Below, piece after piece: positions 42,355-56,800 of a stretch of 64,000 bases of DNA (position 1 is its first letter; each line of letters opens with the position of its first letter). The notes under the pieces were generated by a model, which saw nothing but the letters and a program-made list of their open reading frames with translations, was not told the DNA's origin and searched no databases. The DNA is from Veleropilina oligotropha (lineage: Eukaryota), in contig JBEUKZ010000008.1 of the NCBI GenBank assembly GCA_048128005.1, forward strand, positions 620,001 to 684,000, given 5' to 3'. A program made the position numbers and the translations under genes.

Positions 42355-43822
42355 TCCGCACTATTCCTCCCAACCTGCTGAGCAGAATTCATCGACACTT
42401 GGCATACATGATCACGACATCATGTAGTTGTTACCTGGGACAATGTTTTCCGGTTGGACCTTTGACCTTGTCGTAGCGACCTCTGGACTTATAAACATTG
42501 TCCGGACTACTCCTCCCAACCTGCTGGGAATATTTCATCGACACTTTCCATACATGATCACTACATCATGTAGTTGTGCAACGGCAACTAATTTTCCCAG
42601 TATGAACTTTGACCTTGACATATTGACCTCTAAACTTCTAAATATTTTCTGTTATTAACTTTTCCGGTCTACTCCTCCCAACCTGCTGAGAATATTTCAT
42701 CGACACTTGGCATACATGATCACTACAGCATGTAGTTGTGCAACGGCGACTAATTTTCCCGGTATGACCATTGCCCTTGGCATAGTGACCTCTGGACTTC
42801 TAAACATTGTCTGTTATTAACTTGTTTGGACTACTCCTCTCAACCTGCTGGGAATATTTCATCGACACTTGCATACATGATCACTACATCATGTAGTTGT
42901 GGAACGGCGACAAATTTTTCCGGTATGACCATTGACCTTGACATAGTCACCTCTGGATTTCTAAACATTGTCTGTTATTAACATGTTCGGACTACTCCTC
43001 CCAATCTGCTGAGAATATTTCATCGACACTTGGCATACATGATCACTACATCATGTAGTTGTGCAACGGCGACAAATTTTCCCGGTATGACCATTAACCT
43101 TGATATAGTCACCTCTGGATTTCTAAACATTGTCTGTTATTAACTTGTTCGGACTACTCCTCCCAATCTGCTCGGAATATGTCATCGACACTTGGCATAC
43201 ATGATCACTACAACATGTAGTTGTGCAAAGGTGACAAATTTTCCATGTATGACCTTTGACCTTGACATAGTGACCTCTGGACTTCTAACATTGTCTGTTA
43301 TTAACTTGTCCGGACTACTCCTCTCAACCTGCTGGGAATATTACATTGACACTTGGCATACATGATCAATACATCATGTAGTTGTGCAACGGCGACAAAT
43401 TTTCCCGGTATGACCTTTGACTTTGACATAGTGACCTCTGGACTTCTAAACATTGTCTGTTATTAACTTGTCCGGACTACTCCTCCCAACTCGACTAATT
43501 TTCCCGGTATGACCATTGACCGTGGCATAGTGACATCTGGACTTCTAAACATTGTCTGTTATTAACTTGTTTAGACTACTCCTCTCAACCTGCTGGGAAT
43601 ACTTCATCGACACTTGGCATACATGATCACTACATCATTTAGTTGTGCAACGGCAACAAATTTTCCCGGTATGAACTTTAACCTTGTCATAGTGACCTCT
43701 GGACTTCTAAACATTGTCTGTTATTAACTTGTTCGGACTACTCCTCCCAACCTGCTGGGAATATTTCATCGACACTTGGCATACTTGATCACTACATCAT
43801 GTAGTTGTGCTACGGCAGCAAA
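42355..43822 (+). repeat. Tandem array, unit about 160 bp, about 9-10 copies
   Basis: Recurring ggactactcctcccaacctgctgggaatatttcatcgacacttggcatacatgatcactac. Confidence 0.95.
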
Positions 43823-45290
43823 TTGAATAGTTCTTATCCGATTTCATTTAAATTCGGTATGCATGTTCGTTATGGTGAGTACACACCGCCTAACGATTTT
43901 CGTTTTCGGATTCAAGATGGCCGCCTTGGTGACCATTTTGTTTAGAAGGTATTTCTTTTGTGAGCTCGATAGTGAAAGGTTCACATCCGATTTCATTCAA
44001 ATTCGGTATGGACGTTAGTTACGATGACGACACGCCACCTAACAACTTTCGTCGTTTTCGGATTCAAGATGGCCGCCGTGGTGGATATTTTGTTTTGAAG
44101 ATATTTCTTGTGCCCGATCTACATTGAATAGTTCTTATCCGATTTCATTCAAATTCGGTATGCACGTTCGTTATGATGAGGACACGCCACACAATTTTTT
44201 CGTCGTTTTCGGATTCAAGATGGCCGCCGTGTTGGCCATTTTGTTTTGAAGATATTTTTTATGTGAGCCCTATAGTGAAAAGTTCTGATCCGATTTCATT
44301 CAAATTCGGTATGGACGTTACGATGAGGACACGCCGCCTAGTGATTTTCGTCGTTTTCGGATTCAAGATGGTCGCCGTGGTGGCCATTTTGTATTGAAGA
44401 GATTTCCTTTGTGTGCTCAACAGTGAATATCAATATATTTCAAATTAGATATACACTTTTGGTATGATGAGGACATTACGTCTATCGATTTACACCATTT
44501 TCGGATTCAAGATTACCGCCCTGGTAGTCATTTTGTCAGAATATATTTACTGTGTGCACTCTACAGTGAAAAGTTCTAATATGCACGTTAGTTATGATGA
44601 GGACACGCCGCCTAACGATTTTCATCATTTTGTGATTCAAGATGGCTGCCGTGGTGGCCATTTCGTTTCGAAAAGATTTCTTCTGTGCACTCTACAATGA
44701 AAAGTTCTAATCCGATTTGATACAAATTCGGTATGCACGTTAGTTATAATAAGGACACACCGCCTAACGATTTTCGTCTTTTTCGGATTCAAGATGGCTT
44801 ACGTGGTAGCCATTTTGTTTTGAAGATATTTCTTGTGTGCGCTCTACATTGAAAAGTTCTAATCCGATTTGATTCAAATTCGATATGCACGTTAGTTATG
44901 ACGAGGACACGTCGCCTAACGATTTTCGTCGTTTTCGGATTCAAGATGGCCGACGTGCTGGCCATTTTGTTTTGAAGATATTTCTTGTGTGCGTTTTGCA
45001 GTGATAATTTCTAATCCTATTGTATTCAAATTCGGTGTGCATGTTAGTGAGTTATGATGAGACATGCCGCTTAAAGATTTTCGTCGTTTTTATTAAAGAT
45101 GGCCGCCATTTTGTTTTGAAGAGTTTTCTTGTGTGCGATCTACAGTGTAAAGTTCTGATCCGATTTTATTCAAATTCGGTATGGACGTTAGTTATGATAA
45201 GGACACGCCGTCTAACGATATTCTTTGTTTTCGGATTCAAGATGGCCGCCGTGGGGGCCATTTTTTAGGTAATTTCTTATGTGCGCTATT
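43823..45290 (+). repeat. Tandem array, unit about 150 bp, about 10 copies
   Basis: Recurring ccgatttcattcaaattcggtatg...ttcggattcaagatggccgcc. Confidence 0.95.
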
Positions 45291-45849
45291 CGGTTTGTTT
45301 CAAGAGATTTGCTTTGTGTTTGAAGTTGTATTAATGAGTGCATTACTGCATACTGATTCATATATGTGCATTGTTGTTAGTACCTTTTACTCTGGAAGTT
45401 TATTTATGTAATTTAGTATAACATGTTATCCCACCAAGCGGGAATTATTGTGGCCTGCCACAACGTTTTTCTAGTTCTTTTAATCATTATTCATCTACTA
45501 CATTTTATGCTGTCTTGTATCTGTTTAAAATCAAAACGAAATATGAAATGAGTTTCACGTCCATTCTCTTATCGACATTTCTTACGATTGCTCATATTTC
45601 AGCATTACATTGTTTCATTGTAAATAAAGTTTGATAAAATTTGCCAACATATAATGTCTGTCTTGTCGTTGTCTGATCTTTTTAATTCAATAGTTCTATC
45701 TACATTTATTTATATTAAATAGCGAAACATGACCGCTACTAATCGGCTGGCATATATGAAATTGAGACCATCAATTTGAGCATCAACATCGGTTTAAAAC
45801 CATGATTTTCAAGACTGTGTGTTCCGTCGTGGAGCGGCCCATTCAAGAT

Positions 45850-47880
45850 CAAAATATTATTGACAATATTAGTGTCAATACTGAATATTGACATTACTAT
45901 TGTCAATACTGCATATTGACATTATTATTGATCGTTAGTGGCGTGTATTGAAGCAAAATTTAGACTTGCGCAATATTCTGACGGAATAAAAAAAATAGAT
46001 ATTTATTGATGGGCTCCAATAATATTGGTCGTTAGTGCCGCACCGTCAGATTATTGACAATATGTCAGTCTCTCGGTTGTCGTCTTTGGATAAAGTTGCG
46101 AGGAAAGATGAACATAGTTTTTTTATTACAGTGCATAAATTGTACGAGCAAGTTTCAACTTTATGAAATGTCAAATTTGATGACTATACATCAACCAAAC
46201 TGCATCACAATGAGTAGTTTCTGAATAAATACGGGAAGAAACAAGATAATGCAACAAAAGAAGAAGAAGTGAAGAGGAAATTTAACGCCATAAGAACGAA
46301 CACTAGAAAAGAGCTGAATAATATGAACTTATAATATGGGACATATAATATGTAAATATGTAAATGGGGTTTTATATGACACCGTGGGCCTTGCATATTT
46401 AAACTTACATATGTATATAAGAAAGCATCAACCCAGCAGAGATTGCGATATAGTGGAAACCACTAAACATTTAAAACATTTAAAATGCGTGCCCAAATAT
46501 AGAAATCATGTGAATTTAAAAGGCTATCAACAGACATATAAGAAGTACATTAACTATTAAACAGGCGTCTATTTAGTTTCATTTGAAATTAATAATTATT
46601 GTATTCTGACTATTTTATCATACCAATCAATAAAGGATAACGCCATTATGATATCACGTAAGCACGCTATTTATTCAAATTCCCAACTTTTGTTGTGATA
46701 CGAATCGAGGTCGAAAATGTAGCAATATTTTCCCGTAAGTTATTGCTGACGAGGGCAAACACAAAAACCAAGACATCATAGAACACACGATATGATTGGA
46801 AGGATCGTTTTGCCGCATCTCTTCCAGTAGGTCAAAGTGTGCGAAATGATACCTTTTAAAGCGCCCATACACGATCAATATTATTGACAATATTATTGTC
46901 AATACTGCATATTGACAATATTATTGATCGTTAGTGGCGAGTATTGAAGCAAATTTAGATTTGCGCAATATTCTGACGGAATCAAAAAATTTAGATATTT
47001 ATTGATGGGTTTCAATAATATTGCCAATAATATTGATCGTTAGTGACGCACCGTCAGATTATTGACAATATTTCAATATCTCGGCTGTCGTCGTTGAGTA
47101 AAGATGACCCCATAAGCGAGGAAAGATGATATAATTGTAAGAGCAACTTTATGAAATGTCAAATTTGATGACCATACATCAATCAAAATGCTTCATAATG
47201 AGCAGTTTCTGAAGAAATACGCGTAGAAATAAGATAATGCAAGAAAAGAAGAAGTGGAGAGGAAAAATTTAACGCCAAAAGAACGAACATTAGAAAAGAG
47301 CTGAATAATATGAATGAATCAATTAAGTCTAGTGTTGGGACCTATAATATGTAACGTGGGGTTTTATATGGCACCGTGGGCCTAGTCAATTTTGATAAAT
47401 TAGCAATAAATGACCAATGACAGGACAAAACTTACATATTTTAATATATAAGAAAGCATCATCCTGTCTCAAGAGAGTGTGATATAGTGGAAACCACTAA
47501 AACATTTAAAATGCGTGCCTACATATAGAAATCATGTCAATTTAAAAGACTATTACATCATCAGACAACAAACTATTAAACTGGCGTCTATTGAGTTTCC
47601 ATTGACATTAATTCAATTCTGACTATTTTATTATACCACATCACCAAAGGATAACGCCATTATGATATCAAGTATATATAAACACGCTATTTATTCAAAT
47701 TCTCAACTTTTGTTGCATTACGAATCGAGGTCGAAAATTTATCAATATTTTTCAGTCAGTTGTTGCTTGTGAGGGCAAACACAAAAACCCACGACATCAT
47801 AGAACGCACGATATGATAGGAAAGATCATTTTACCGCATGTCTTTCAGCAGGCCAAAGTGCCCGAAAGGATGCCTTTTAA
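45850..47880 (+). repeat. Tandem duplication of a roughly 1-kb unit
   Basis: About 45850-46860 matches about 46875-47880. Confidence 0.85.
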
Positions 47881-48845
47881 CCAACCATTTTAACCTCTTT
47901 CTACTTTTGAGTTTATCTCTATCAAAAGTAGGGCCGCTCCGACAGTCGTGTGGTTTCGGTTGTTGACTCCGAAAAATCGCTGGCTTTATTTCGCTGACAC
48001 GAACAGTAGTGGGTTCGAACCTCTGTTGAGACATGACATTATATGGTCAAGTTAAAAGTCACGGTTGTCCGTAACTTGTCGGAGAGGGAGGGTTTCTCCG
48101 GGCGACCCGGCTTTCCTCCCGCGATAATATGGACACATCCTGCTTTGAACCTAATGATGGCTGGAAATATACAGAATATTAAGCATTGATCCCTTCCTTT
48201 TCTCTATCAAAAGCAAGTGGCAATGCTATATCGACCTAGGGAACTACACATTCGTGTACGTGCTACAAACGAGCAATAATGACCATACATTTTCAAGAAA
48301 ATGCGCAGTAAAATTGTGTCGTTAGTGACCAAAATTAATTTCTTCAACAATATTGTCAATAATATTGATCGTGTATGGGTCGCTTTAGCAACCATTTTAA
48401 TTTCTTTCTACTTTTGGGTTCATCTCTATCAAAAGTAGGTCCGCTCCGACAGTCGTGTTGTTTCGGTTGTGGACTCTGAAAAATCACTGGCTTCATTTCG
48501 ACGACATGAACAGTAGTGGATTCGAGCCTCGGTTGAGACATGATATTAAATGTTCAAGTTAAGAGTCACGGTTGTCCGTAACTGGTCGGAGAGGGCGGGT
48601 TTCCACGGCGACCTGGATTTCCTCTCGCGAAAATATGGACACGTCCTGCTTTGAACCTGATGATGGCTGAAAATATACAGAACATTAAGCATCGATCCTT
48701 TCCTTTCCTCTATAAAAAGCAAGTGACAATGCTATAGCGATCTAGGGATCTAAACATTCGTGTGCTACATACGACATCCATAGCAATAATGACCATAATT
48801 TTTCAAGAAAATGCGCAATAATATTGATCGTGTATGGGTCGCTTT
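47875..48845 (+). repeat. Tandem duplication of about 510 bp, each unit containing a SINE
   Basis: aaccattttaa...ctctatcaaaagtagg.ccgctccgacagtcgtg is repeated at about 47885 and 48390. Confidence 0.85.
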
Positions 48846-49199
48846 ATTAGAGCACAGAACCCAGATGATCGTGGTACCACCCTGCATGATGTCCATGGAC
48901 AAGAAAATAGGCGTGGGTGAGACCCGTGTTGCCTTTAACGCTCTCAAATGGATTTGTTATTATGTTATCAGAGTATCTAAAGTGAAACAGCTCCAGAACA
49001 AGGGAGGAATTGTGAAGTTGTGACAATATTTGCTCCACATTTAGATCAATCTATAAAACCAGCACTTAGCAAATGATGTGATAACGTTTGATTTGTCTCG
49101 GTGGGTGTAACTGTTTAACAACCATCTGGTTCATACCAGGACATGTCTTGTGTCACATTAACGACCCCCCGGCCTCGGTTAAATCGACCGTTCGTCTTT

Positions 49200-49735
49200 T
49201 CGCCTATTATATGACTGTCTCCTGTACAGGAGTATAAGGTGCGTGGCCGATCACGTATACCTTCAGACGGATCTGATGGACTTGAAGAAATGGGCCACTA
49301 CTTGAGGCATGCGGTTTAATGCGAGGAAGTTCTTTATTACGAATATCAATCACAACACGTTTACCAGCTCGATCACCACATTCTCCAGCAGGTTAAGGAA
49401 ACCGCGTAACTTGGGGCTATCCTGACCGTAAACCTTAATTAAGTTCACAACACAAGACTCGCTTTCTTCTACAAATTAGTGGAGGGGCTGGTGCCAGCCA
49501 TGCCATGCCACCAATATTTAACCACATTAAACGGCTGAGGAAAGTCAAATATCATCGAACGGCAAGAGATAAATAACAGTAAAAGCTTCCACTTAATCCA
49601 AACCAGGACAGCCCTTTTAAAAAACTCATTCTTCCCCAAAACTAGAATTGATTGGAACCATCTACCTAACGAGGTTGTGTGTGTGCAAACGCTTCAAATG
49701 GCTTTAGAACAGCGTCCATTCGCGGGACTAGAGTA
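49200..49735 (+). mobile_element. Degraded CR1/L2-group LINE 3' fragment
   Basis: LQTDL...W...GMRFN and KNSFFPKTRIDWNHLP remnants. Confidence 0.6.
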
Positions 49736-50690
49736 GCCTAACCGCGCTCTCTTCCATCGCGCATATATGCCTTTAGAAATATGGCCCTGCGACGTATAAA
49801 TCCTGATACCTAACTGCTTCGGCGGGTGAGTGGTTAGCGCGTCAGGGCCCGGGTTCGAGACCAACCGGCGGCTTATTCTACCGCTTAAGATAACATATGG
49901 CATATCCCAAATGCGTGTCGGTCAGATCGGAGTGAGACCTTAAACCGGGTATTCCAACTGCGTAGACTAGAGGCTGCAAAATTGCCAAAGTGGTTGTAAA
50001 ACACAGTTGCCAACCAACCAACCATGTTATACCTCGCCGAGGATTCGAACCGAATCCTATTAGACAGCGCTATCAAACGAGTGAATTTCCAACAGCAGAT
50101 CCTGGCAATGTTCTACTAACAAACGATTGCCATCATAAATGAAGTATACCACAGTGAAATATGATACGAAATTTTATGGATTATATATTACTTAAAATAA
50201 TGTCTCGTGTTTGAATCGCGATTTATTACCTTGTTCATGCACTGTTAATTTTAATAGATTAACATGATAAGAAATGAACATTGATTTTTAAGTTTGTAAT
50301 GTATCAAATGGAATGCGTGCAATGTGATGTTTACCTATCTTCGTAAGCTGTTCATTACAAATTTCCTTCATAATATATCAATGCCTGTATCGGGAGATTT
50401 TATATTTTATGATCTATCAACGAAGCATTTGGCCGCTTCGACAGCTGTGTACGTGGTTTCGGTTGGACGATCCGAAAAATCACTGGCTTGATTCCGCTGA
50501 CGCGATCGGCAGTGGGTTCAAACCTCGACTGGGACATGACATTATTTGTTCAAGTTATGAATCAAAGTTCGCCGTAACTGGTCGATGAGGGCGGGTTTCC
50601 CCGAATGACATGTACTGCTTTGAAGTTATTGCTTGGAAATATACAGGCATCGATTCCTTCCTTTCTCTTCATGCAGCATTGAGGGGGGCG

Positions 50691-53453
50691 AATGGAAATG
50701 GATTGATGCAACACTTATTGCTCAAGTACAATAATCGCTTCTGGAAAATGACATTTGTAGGGTGGATACCGAAACATATTGGCATCGAATGCAATGAAAA
50801 GGCGGATAAAGCAACAAAATCAGCTTTACATATTAACCAGCCTATAAATTGCAACATTCCGCATTCAGATTTTAAGTACAATATAAATTAGTACATGCAA
50901 ACATTCGTGATGAATGGTCCCTACGCCGTGAAGAAGTCGTCTTGACCAGACTGACCACTCTTGCATGCTTTTAAGGGGGAACCACCACCTGAGTGTATGT
51001 ATTCCTTGTGCTTCTAACGTCACAGTGAAACACTATTGGAATGCGTTGATTTAGTAATTTCCAAATTGATGTCAATTTTGCCTTTTTAAAAGAGGCTAAT
51101 ATATTTTACAATCTTAAAACATTTTAATTTTACAAATATACTGGCAGAAAATTTATATGCAAATTTATATTTATATTTTTTTAACTGTAAATGTCTCGTA
51201 TGTAAAAAGCGAATACTGTTTCTACTATATGTAGTAATTTTATTCTTTCAAGTCGATCAACCCGATTATGACTGAAATATTGTCGGCGTGGTCGTTAAAA
51301 TTCAATCAATCAATCAGCAAATTGACCTGTTTTTGTTTTACGTTCATTGACCCTGCGGTGCGCCATTTTTCTCTTTTCCACTACAGTGGTTACTACTGTG
51401 ACATATTTACTCATAAATCATGTTATGTCGTGTAATGTCGCTCTTTCTTCTGCATGATTTCATAAGAAATATTATCCACATTGTACGATGGATGTTTCTG
51501 TAGAGGCCGTGCCACACTGTAAATAAAGTTGTATAAGTTTTTGTCACATAAAACCTTTGGGTGCTCTTTCGGTACTTCCCCCACAGCTCCGGCTTTTATC
51601 ATATTTAAGGAGCTCCGGCTTGTATTCGTCTTAAATTTTCACACTCCGCGTATTATCTGCTACTAAAGGCAAATGCAGCTTGCGATAAGATACACGTGAT
51701 GGGTACGTAGTTGTATTGGCTTTACAAACCTATATACACCGGACCGCCCCGTGAGCCTGGACTGACCGAGGTTCACCTGTTGCTAGTCCCCATGGATTAA
51801 ACATTAACGACGCGTCCAAAGTCGGAGATGAAAAACCGGATTTCCAAAGTTGAGTAAAAGCCGGATCTGTGGGGGAAGTACCGAAAAAGCGCCAACGTTT
51901 GTATAGTATGTTCCTTATCATGACACATGGTAAACCACGTAGCATAATCCATCTTAGGCTCATGTAAGTTTTATTGTAGAATGGGCTGGGAACTAACTGA
52001 TTTCCATTTGGTGGACAAGCGAAGTATCATATCACAAGTTGTGCAGAATAGAGCAGGTTCAATTACGTCAATCAAAATTCGCATGCACAAGACGGTATGG
52101 AAACTTGATTATTAGGAAGTGACCCACGGTAAACTTTGATTGATAAACCAAGAGGCATATGACTTGATTTACCGTGGGGCGCGGTCTTATTTTTCTCACA
52201 GAGATGAACTGCGAATCCTGTATACCTCTCTTCAACTGAAGATTACTCTCAAACACATTGTTTTCAAGTAATCTAAGAGATACAAATCTGAATGGTTTAA
52301 GTCTGGGGAGTGTGCAGCCCACACAACATTACACGTCCTACTGATGAGGTCGTCTTCAAATTTCTGTCTTTGCAACTGTAGTGCGTTATTGGATGCGCGG
52401 AAAGCACCCCATCTTGATTGAACCATTGTCATTCCTTGTAATACTATGTCAGCTTGAGTCAATTTTATCTTAGTCTCTATCCTAAATGGGAACAAATGCA
52501 GATCCTGAATCAAAATTCTCCTTATAGAGACTCCCGTGGAATATCCAGCTCTCAGCCGCGCCAACGTAACGGCGTCGTCGGACCACTGAGATCCAACAGC
52601 TATTCTAGGTCTGCAGTGTTCTCTTCTGTCCTCGCAATTCTTCGTTTCCTTAACAGTGTGTCAGAATTTCATTTGGCCATGAAGTTCATAACGGTTCTGA
52701 ACGTGCATGCGTGTGTACCCATCTTAGAATGGGTTCTTTGTTCGGATAAGTACGGCAATTGAATTTGGTCTCAATGTGGGTCTCCACGGAAAATTATTTT
52801 TATCGAATGGTCCAAAACATCATGAAAACTCTTTATTCTAACACAATATCTATCTATCTGAAAAATCAAAGCTTTCGCTACCAGTATTAAAGAGATTAAA
52901 ACAGTTAGCCTACATGTTACATACGCTTTTATTAGGTCACCATTAAATCACATAAACCCACGACAATTCTTCAATACGTTGGCCAGTATTGCGCTTATAA
53001 TTATTATGAACACGATCCATATAACATAATTTGACTTATCGCATGACAAAGCTTTTATGCAACGGCGAAACCCATTTCATATTTTCAATATGAATCACAC
53101 GTCACATAAATATGCAAATGAGGGCGAGCATGATCCCATCCCTAGTCGCATCTGCTGCATCACCATAATTAACATACTGAATAATGCATACGCGCTGACT
53201 TGTCCTCTGCTGACAAAACAAAGACGTCCGAGCTAGTAACAAATTACCGGACACTTATTATTGGCGTACGTATGTATTTTGGCGTGGCACGTGCTGTCGA
53301 GGCGTGATTGCGTCTGGGGCAGGTCATATTATGTCTGAAAAGACGGACATAAATCAATTTAAAAACATAAAGAAATCCGATTAAAAACGTAAAATATCTA
53401 AGTTTAAAGGTAAGTAAAGTCATGTGATAAAGAAGATCTCAAACTCGTTTCCA
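50691..53453 (+). repeat. 2.8-kb segment duplicated at 54418-57271 (RNase H-LINE fragment, MITE, Tc1/mariner remnant)
   Basis: Near-identical sequence; WIPKHIGIECNEKADKA (RNase H of I-group LINEs); WAAHSPDLN (Tc1/mariner). Confidence 0.92.
52050..52800 (-). pseudogene. Tc1/mariner transposase remnant (second copy about 55930-56670)
   Basis: RRILIQDLHLFPFRI and WAAHSPDLNHSDLYLLDYLK. Confidence 0.7.
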
Positions 53454-53575
53454 TTTCATATGAGAATTATGAAACTCGTCAGCAATTTTATGTACCTCGC
53501 CAAGGCTCGGTACATAAATATTGTGTCCGACTCGTTTCATAATTCTCATATGAAATGGAAACTCGTTTGAGATCC
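53435..53575. repeat. Palindromic MITE-like foldback
   Basis: gatctcaaac...tttccatttcatatgagaattatgaaac ... gtttcataattctcatatgaaatggaaac...gtttgagatc. Confidence 0.75.
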
Positions 53576-53806
53576 CATATTTATATTATTTCTTAATTTG
53601 TATACATTAGCTGGAGCAAAATAAACATAACGTAATGTTAAATTTGGTAAAATATGATTTATTAATTAATGACAGAAAACAAACACATGAAAATATCACG
53701 GTAAGAAGTTTGTGATATGTATCAATTAAGAAATGATCTAGACGATATTAAACAATATAACGTTTCATGTCAATGTAAGTTATTAGAGACCGACCACTAT
53801 AGTTAC

Positions 53807-56800
53807 AACAAGAGCAATCAGAGGAGATTGCAAACCCTCGCCACGGGTCCAAGGAAGACGATGGTGAAAGTCAGAAATGTCTACGATCAATATTTCTAAA
53901 CAGAATTACAATCATAAAAATGTAATCACAAATTATGAAAAAAATAAGGAATAACAAAATTTAAATAAAAATTAAAAAAAAGTTATTTTGGAGGTAAAGG
54001 GATTCGAATCCCTTACCTCTAGATCTTTCTCCAAACGCCTTAACCGTTTTGGCCATACTGACAATCGAATGACTACGGCTAACTTAGGCTATTTATATTT
54101 TGTGTTGCATTTTTGTATATGAAAATTTTGCCGGAGTTGACAATACTTAACTCGCAATAACTCAATAGTTACTAAAGCGATATAGCTTAAATTTTCAAAA
54201 AATATAGATTACGGTAATGGTGTAAATTATATCACGGCGTTAGCAGTATTTAAAGAGCTATCACAAATATCGCAACGTCTCGACGATTTTGACTTCGGAA
54301 CAAAAATTATATAAATTATATCGATAAGATTTGTAGATAATGTCCCACTCTGTCAGTCACATGGTAAAATTTGAGGTGTCTGGTTACAGTGGTTACATAT
54401 TTACGGCATTTATTTCCAATGGAAATGGATTGATGCAACACTTATTGCTCAAGTACAATAATCTCTTCTGGAAAAATGACATTTGTAGGGTGGATACCGA
54501 AACATATTGGCATCGAATGCAATGAAAAGGCGGATAAAGCAGCAAAATCAGCTTTACATATTAACCAGCCTATAAATTGCAAAATTCCGCATTCAGATTT
54601 TAAGTACAATATAAATCAGTACATTCAAACTACTTGGCAACGATATTGGGATGATTGCGAGGAGAATAAACTGCAGAATGTCCGACCTCTTCGTGATGAA
54701 TGGGGCCCCCCCTTACAGGTTCCTACGCCGTGAAGAATTCGTCTTGACCAGACTGACCTCACTTGACCTCACTCTTGCATGCTTTTTAAAGGGAACCCCC
54801 ACCTGTGTGTATTCCTTGTGCTTCTAACTTCACAGTGAAACATTATTGGAATGCGTTGATTTAGTAATTTACAAATTGATGCCAATTTTGTCTTTTTAAA
54901 TGAAGCTAATATATTTTACAAACTTAAAACTTTTTACTTTTACAAATATGCTGGCACAAAATTTAGTTGCAAATTTATATTTATATTTTTTTAACTGTAA
55001 ATGTCTCGTATGTAAAAAGCGAATACTGTTTCTACTATATGTAGTAATTTTATTCTTTCAAGTCGATCGACCCGATTATGACTGAAATATTGTCGGCGTG
55101 GTCGTTAAAAATCAATTCAATCAATCAATCAGCAGATTGACCTGTTTTTGTTTTACGGTCATTGACTTGCGGTGCGCCATGTTGTGACATCCGTTGAGGG
55201 ATAAGATGAATCACTGAAAGATGACGGAATATTAAATCATTATTTTTCTCTTTTCCACTACAGTGGTTACTACTGTGACATATTTACTCATAAATCATGT
55301 TATGTCGTGTAATGCCGCTCTTTCATAAGAAATAGTATCCACATTCTACGATGGATGTTTCTGTAGAGGCCGTGCCACACTGTAAATAAAGTTGTATACG
55401 TTTTTGTCACATAAAACCTTTTGGTGCTCTTTCGGTACCTCCCCCACAGCTCCGGCTTTTATCATATTTAAGGAGCTCCGGCTTGTATTCGTCTTAAATT
55501 TTCACACTCCGCGTATTATCTGCTACTAAAGGCAAATGCAGCTTGCGATAAGATACACGTGATGGGTACGTAGTTGTATTGGCTTTACAAACCTATATAC
55601 ACCGGACCGCCCCGTGAGCCTGGACTGACCGAGGTTCACCTGTTGCTAGTCCCCATGGATTTAATATTAACGACGCGTCCAAAGTCGGAGGATGAAAAAC
55701 CGGATTTCCAAAGTTGAGTAAAAGCCGGAGCTGTGGGGGAAGTACCGAAAGAGCGCCTACCTTTGTATTATGTTCCTTATCATGACACATGGTAAACCAC
55801 GTAGCATAATCCATCTTAGGCTCATGTAAGTTTTATTGTAGAATGGGCTGGGAACTAACTGATTTCCATTTGGTGGACAAGCGAAGTATCATATCACAAG
55901 TTGTGCAGAATAGAGCAGGTTCTATTACGTCAATCAAAATTCGCATGCACAAGACGGTATGAAAACTTGATTATTAGGAAGTGACCCACGGTAAACTTTT
56001 ATTGATACACCAAGAGGCATATATAACTTGATTTACCGTGGGGCGCGGTCTTATTTTTCTCACTGAGATGAACTGCGAATCCTGTATACCTCTCTTCAAC
56101 TGAAGATTACTCTCAAACACATTGTTTTCAAGTAATCCAAGAGATACAAATCTGAATGGTTTAAGTCTGGGGAGTGTGCAGCCCACACAACATTACACGT
56201 CCTACTGATGAGGTCGTCTTCAAATTTCTGTCTTTGCAACTGTAGTGCGTTATTGGATGCGCGGAAAGCACCCCCATCTTGATTGAACCATTGTCATTCC
56301 TTGTAATACTATGTCAGCTTGAGTCAATTTTATCTTAGTCTCTATCCTAAATGGGAACAAATGCAGATCCTGAATCAAAATTCTCCATATAGAGACTCCC
56401 GTGGAATATCCAGCTCTCAGCCGCGCCAACGTAACGGCGTCGTCGGACTGCGACCCACTGAGATCCAACAGCTATTCTAGGTCTGCAGTGTTCTCCTCTG
56501 TCCTCGCAATTCTTCGTTTCCTTAATAGTGTGTCAGTATTTCATTTGGCCATGAAGTTCATAACGGTTCTGAACGTGCATGCGTGTGTACCCATCTTAGA
56601 ATGGATTCTTTGTTCGGATAAGTACGGCAATTGAATTTGGTCTCAATGTGGGTCTCCACGGAAAATGATTTTTGTCGAATGGTCCAAAACGTAATGAAAA
56701 CTCTTTATTCCAACCCTATATCTACCTATCTGAAAAATCAAGGCTTTCGTTACATACGTTTTTATTAGGTCACCATTAAATCACATAAACCCATGGCAAT

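Larger units (their letters stand above)
42277..45475 (+). mobile_element. Helentron-type non-autonomous element (HINE/DINE-1-like) carrying two satellite arrays
   Basis: 5' ttataccccc...gggggtata stem plus (GTCC/GTCT)n; 3' hairpin ttgtggcctgccacaa followed by ctagt. Confidence 0.65.

Noticed and set aside
42355..45290. CRISPR-like array
   Set aside because: Whole 150-160-bp units repeat with no unique spacers and no cas genes; eukaryotic satellite within a HINE
53988..54063. Functional tRNA gene
   Set aside because: Acceptor stem does not pair, and the sequence recurs degenerate inside a repeat family
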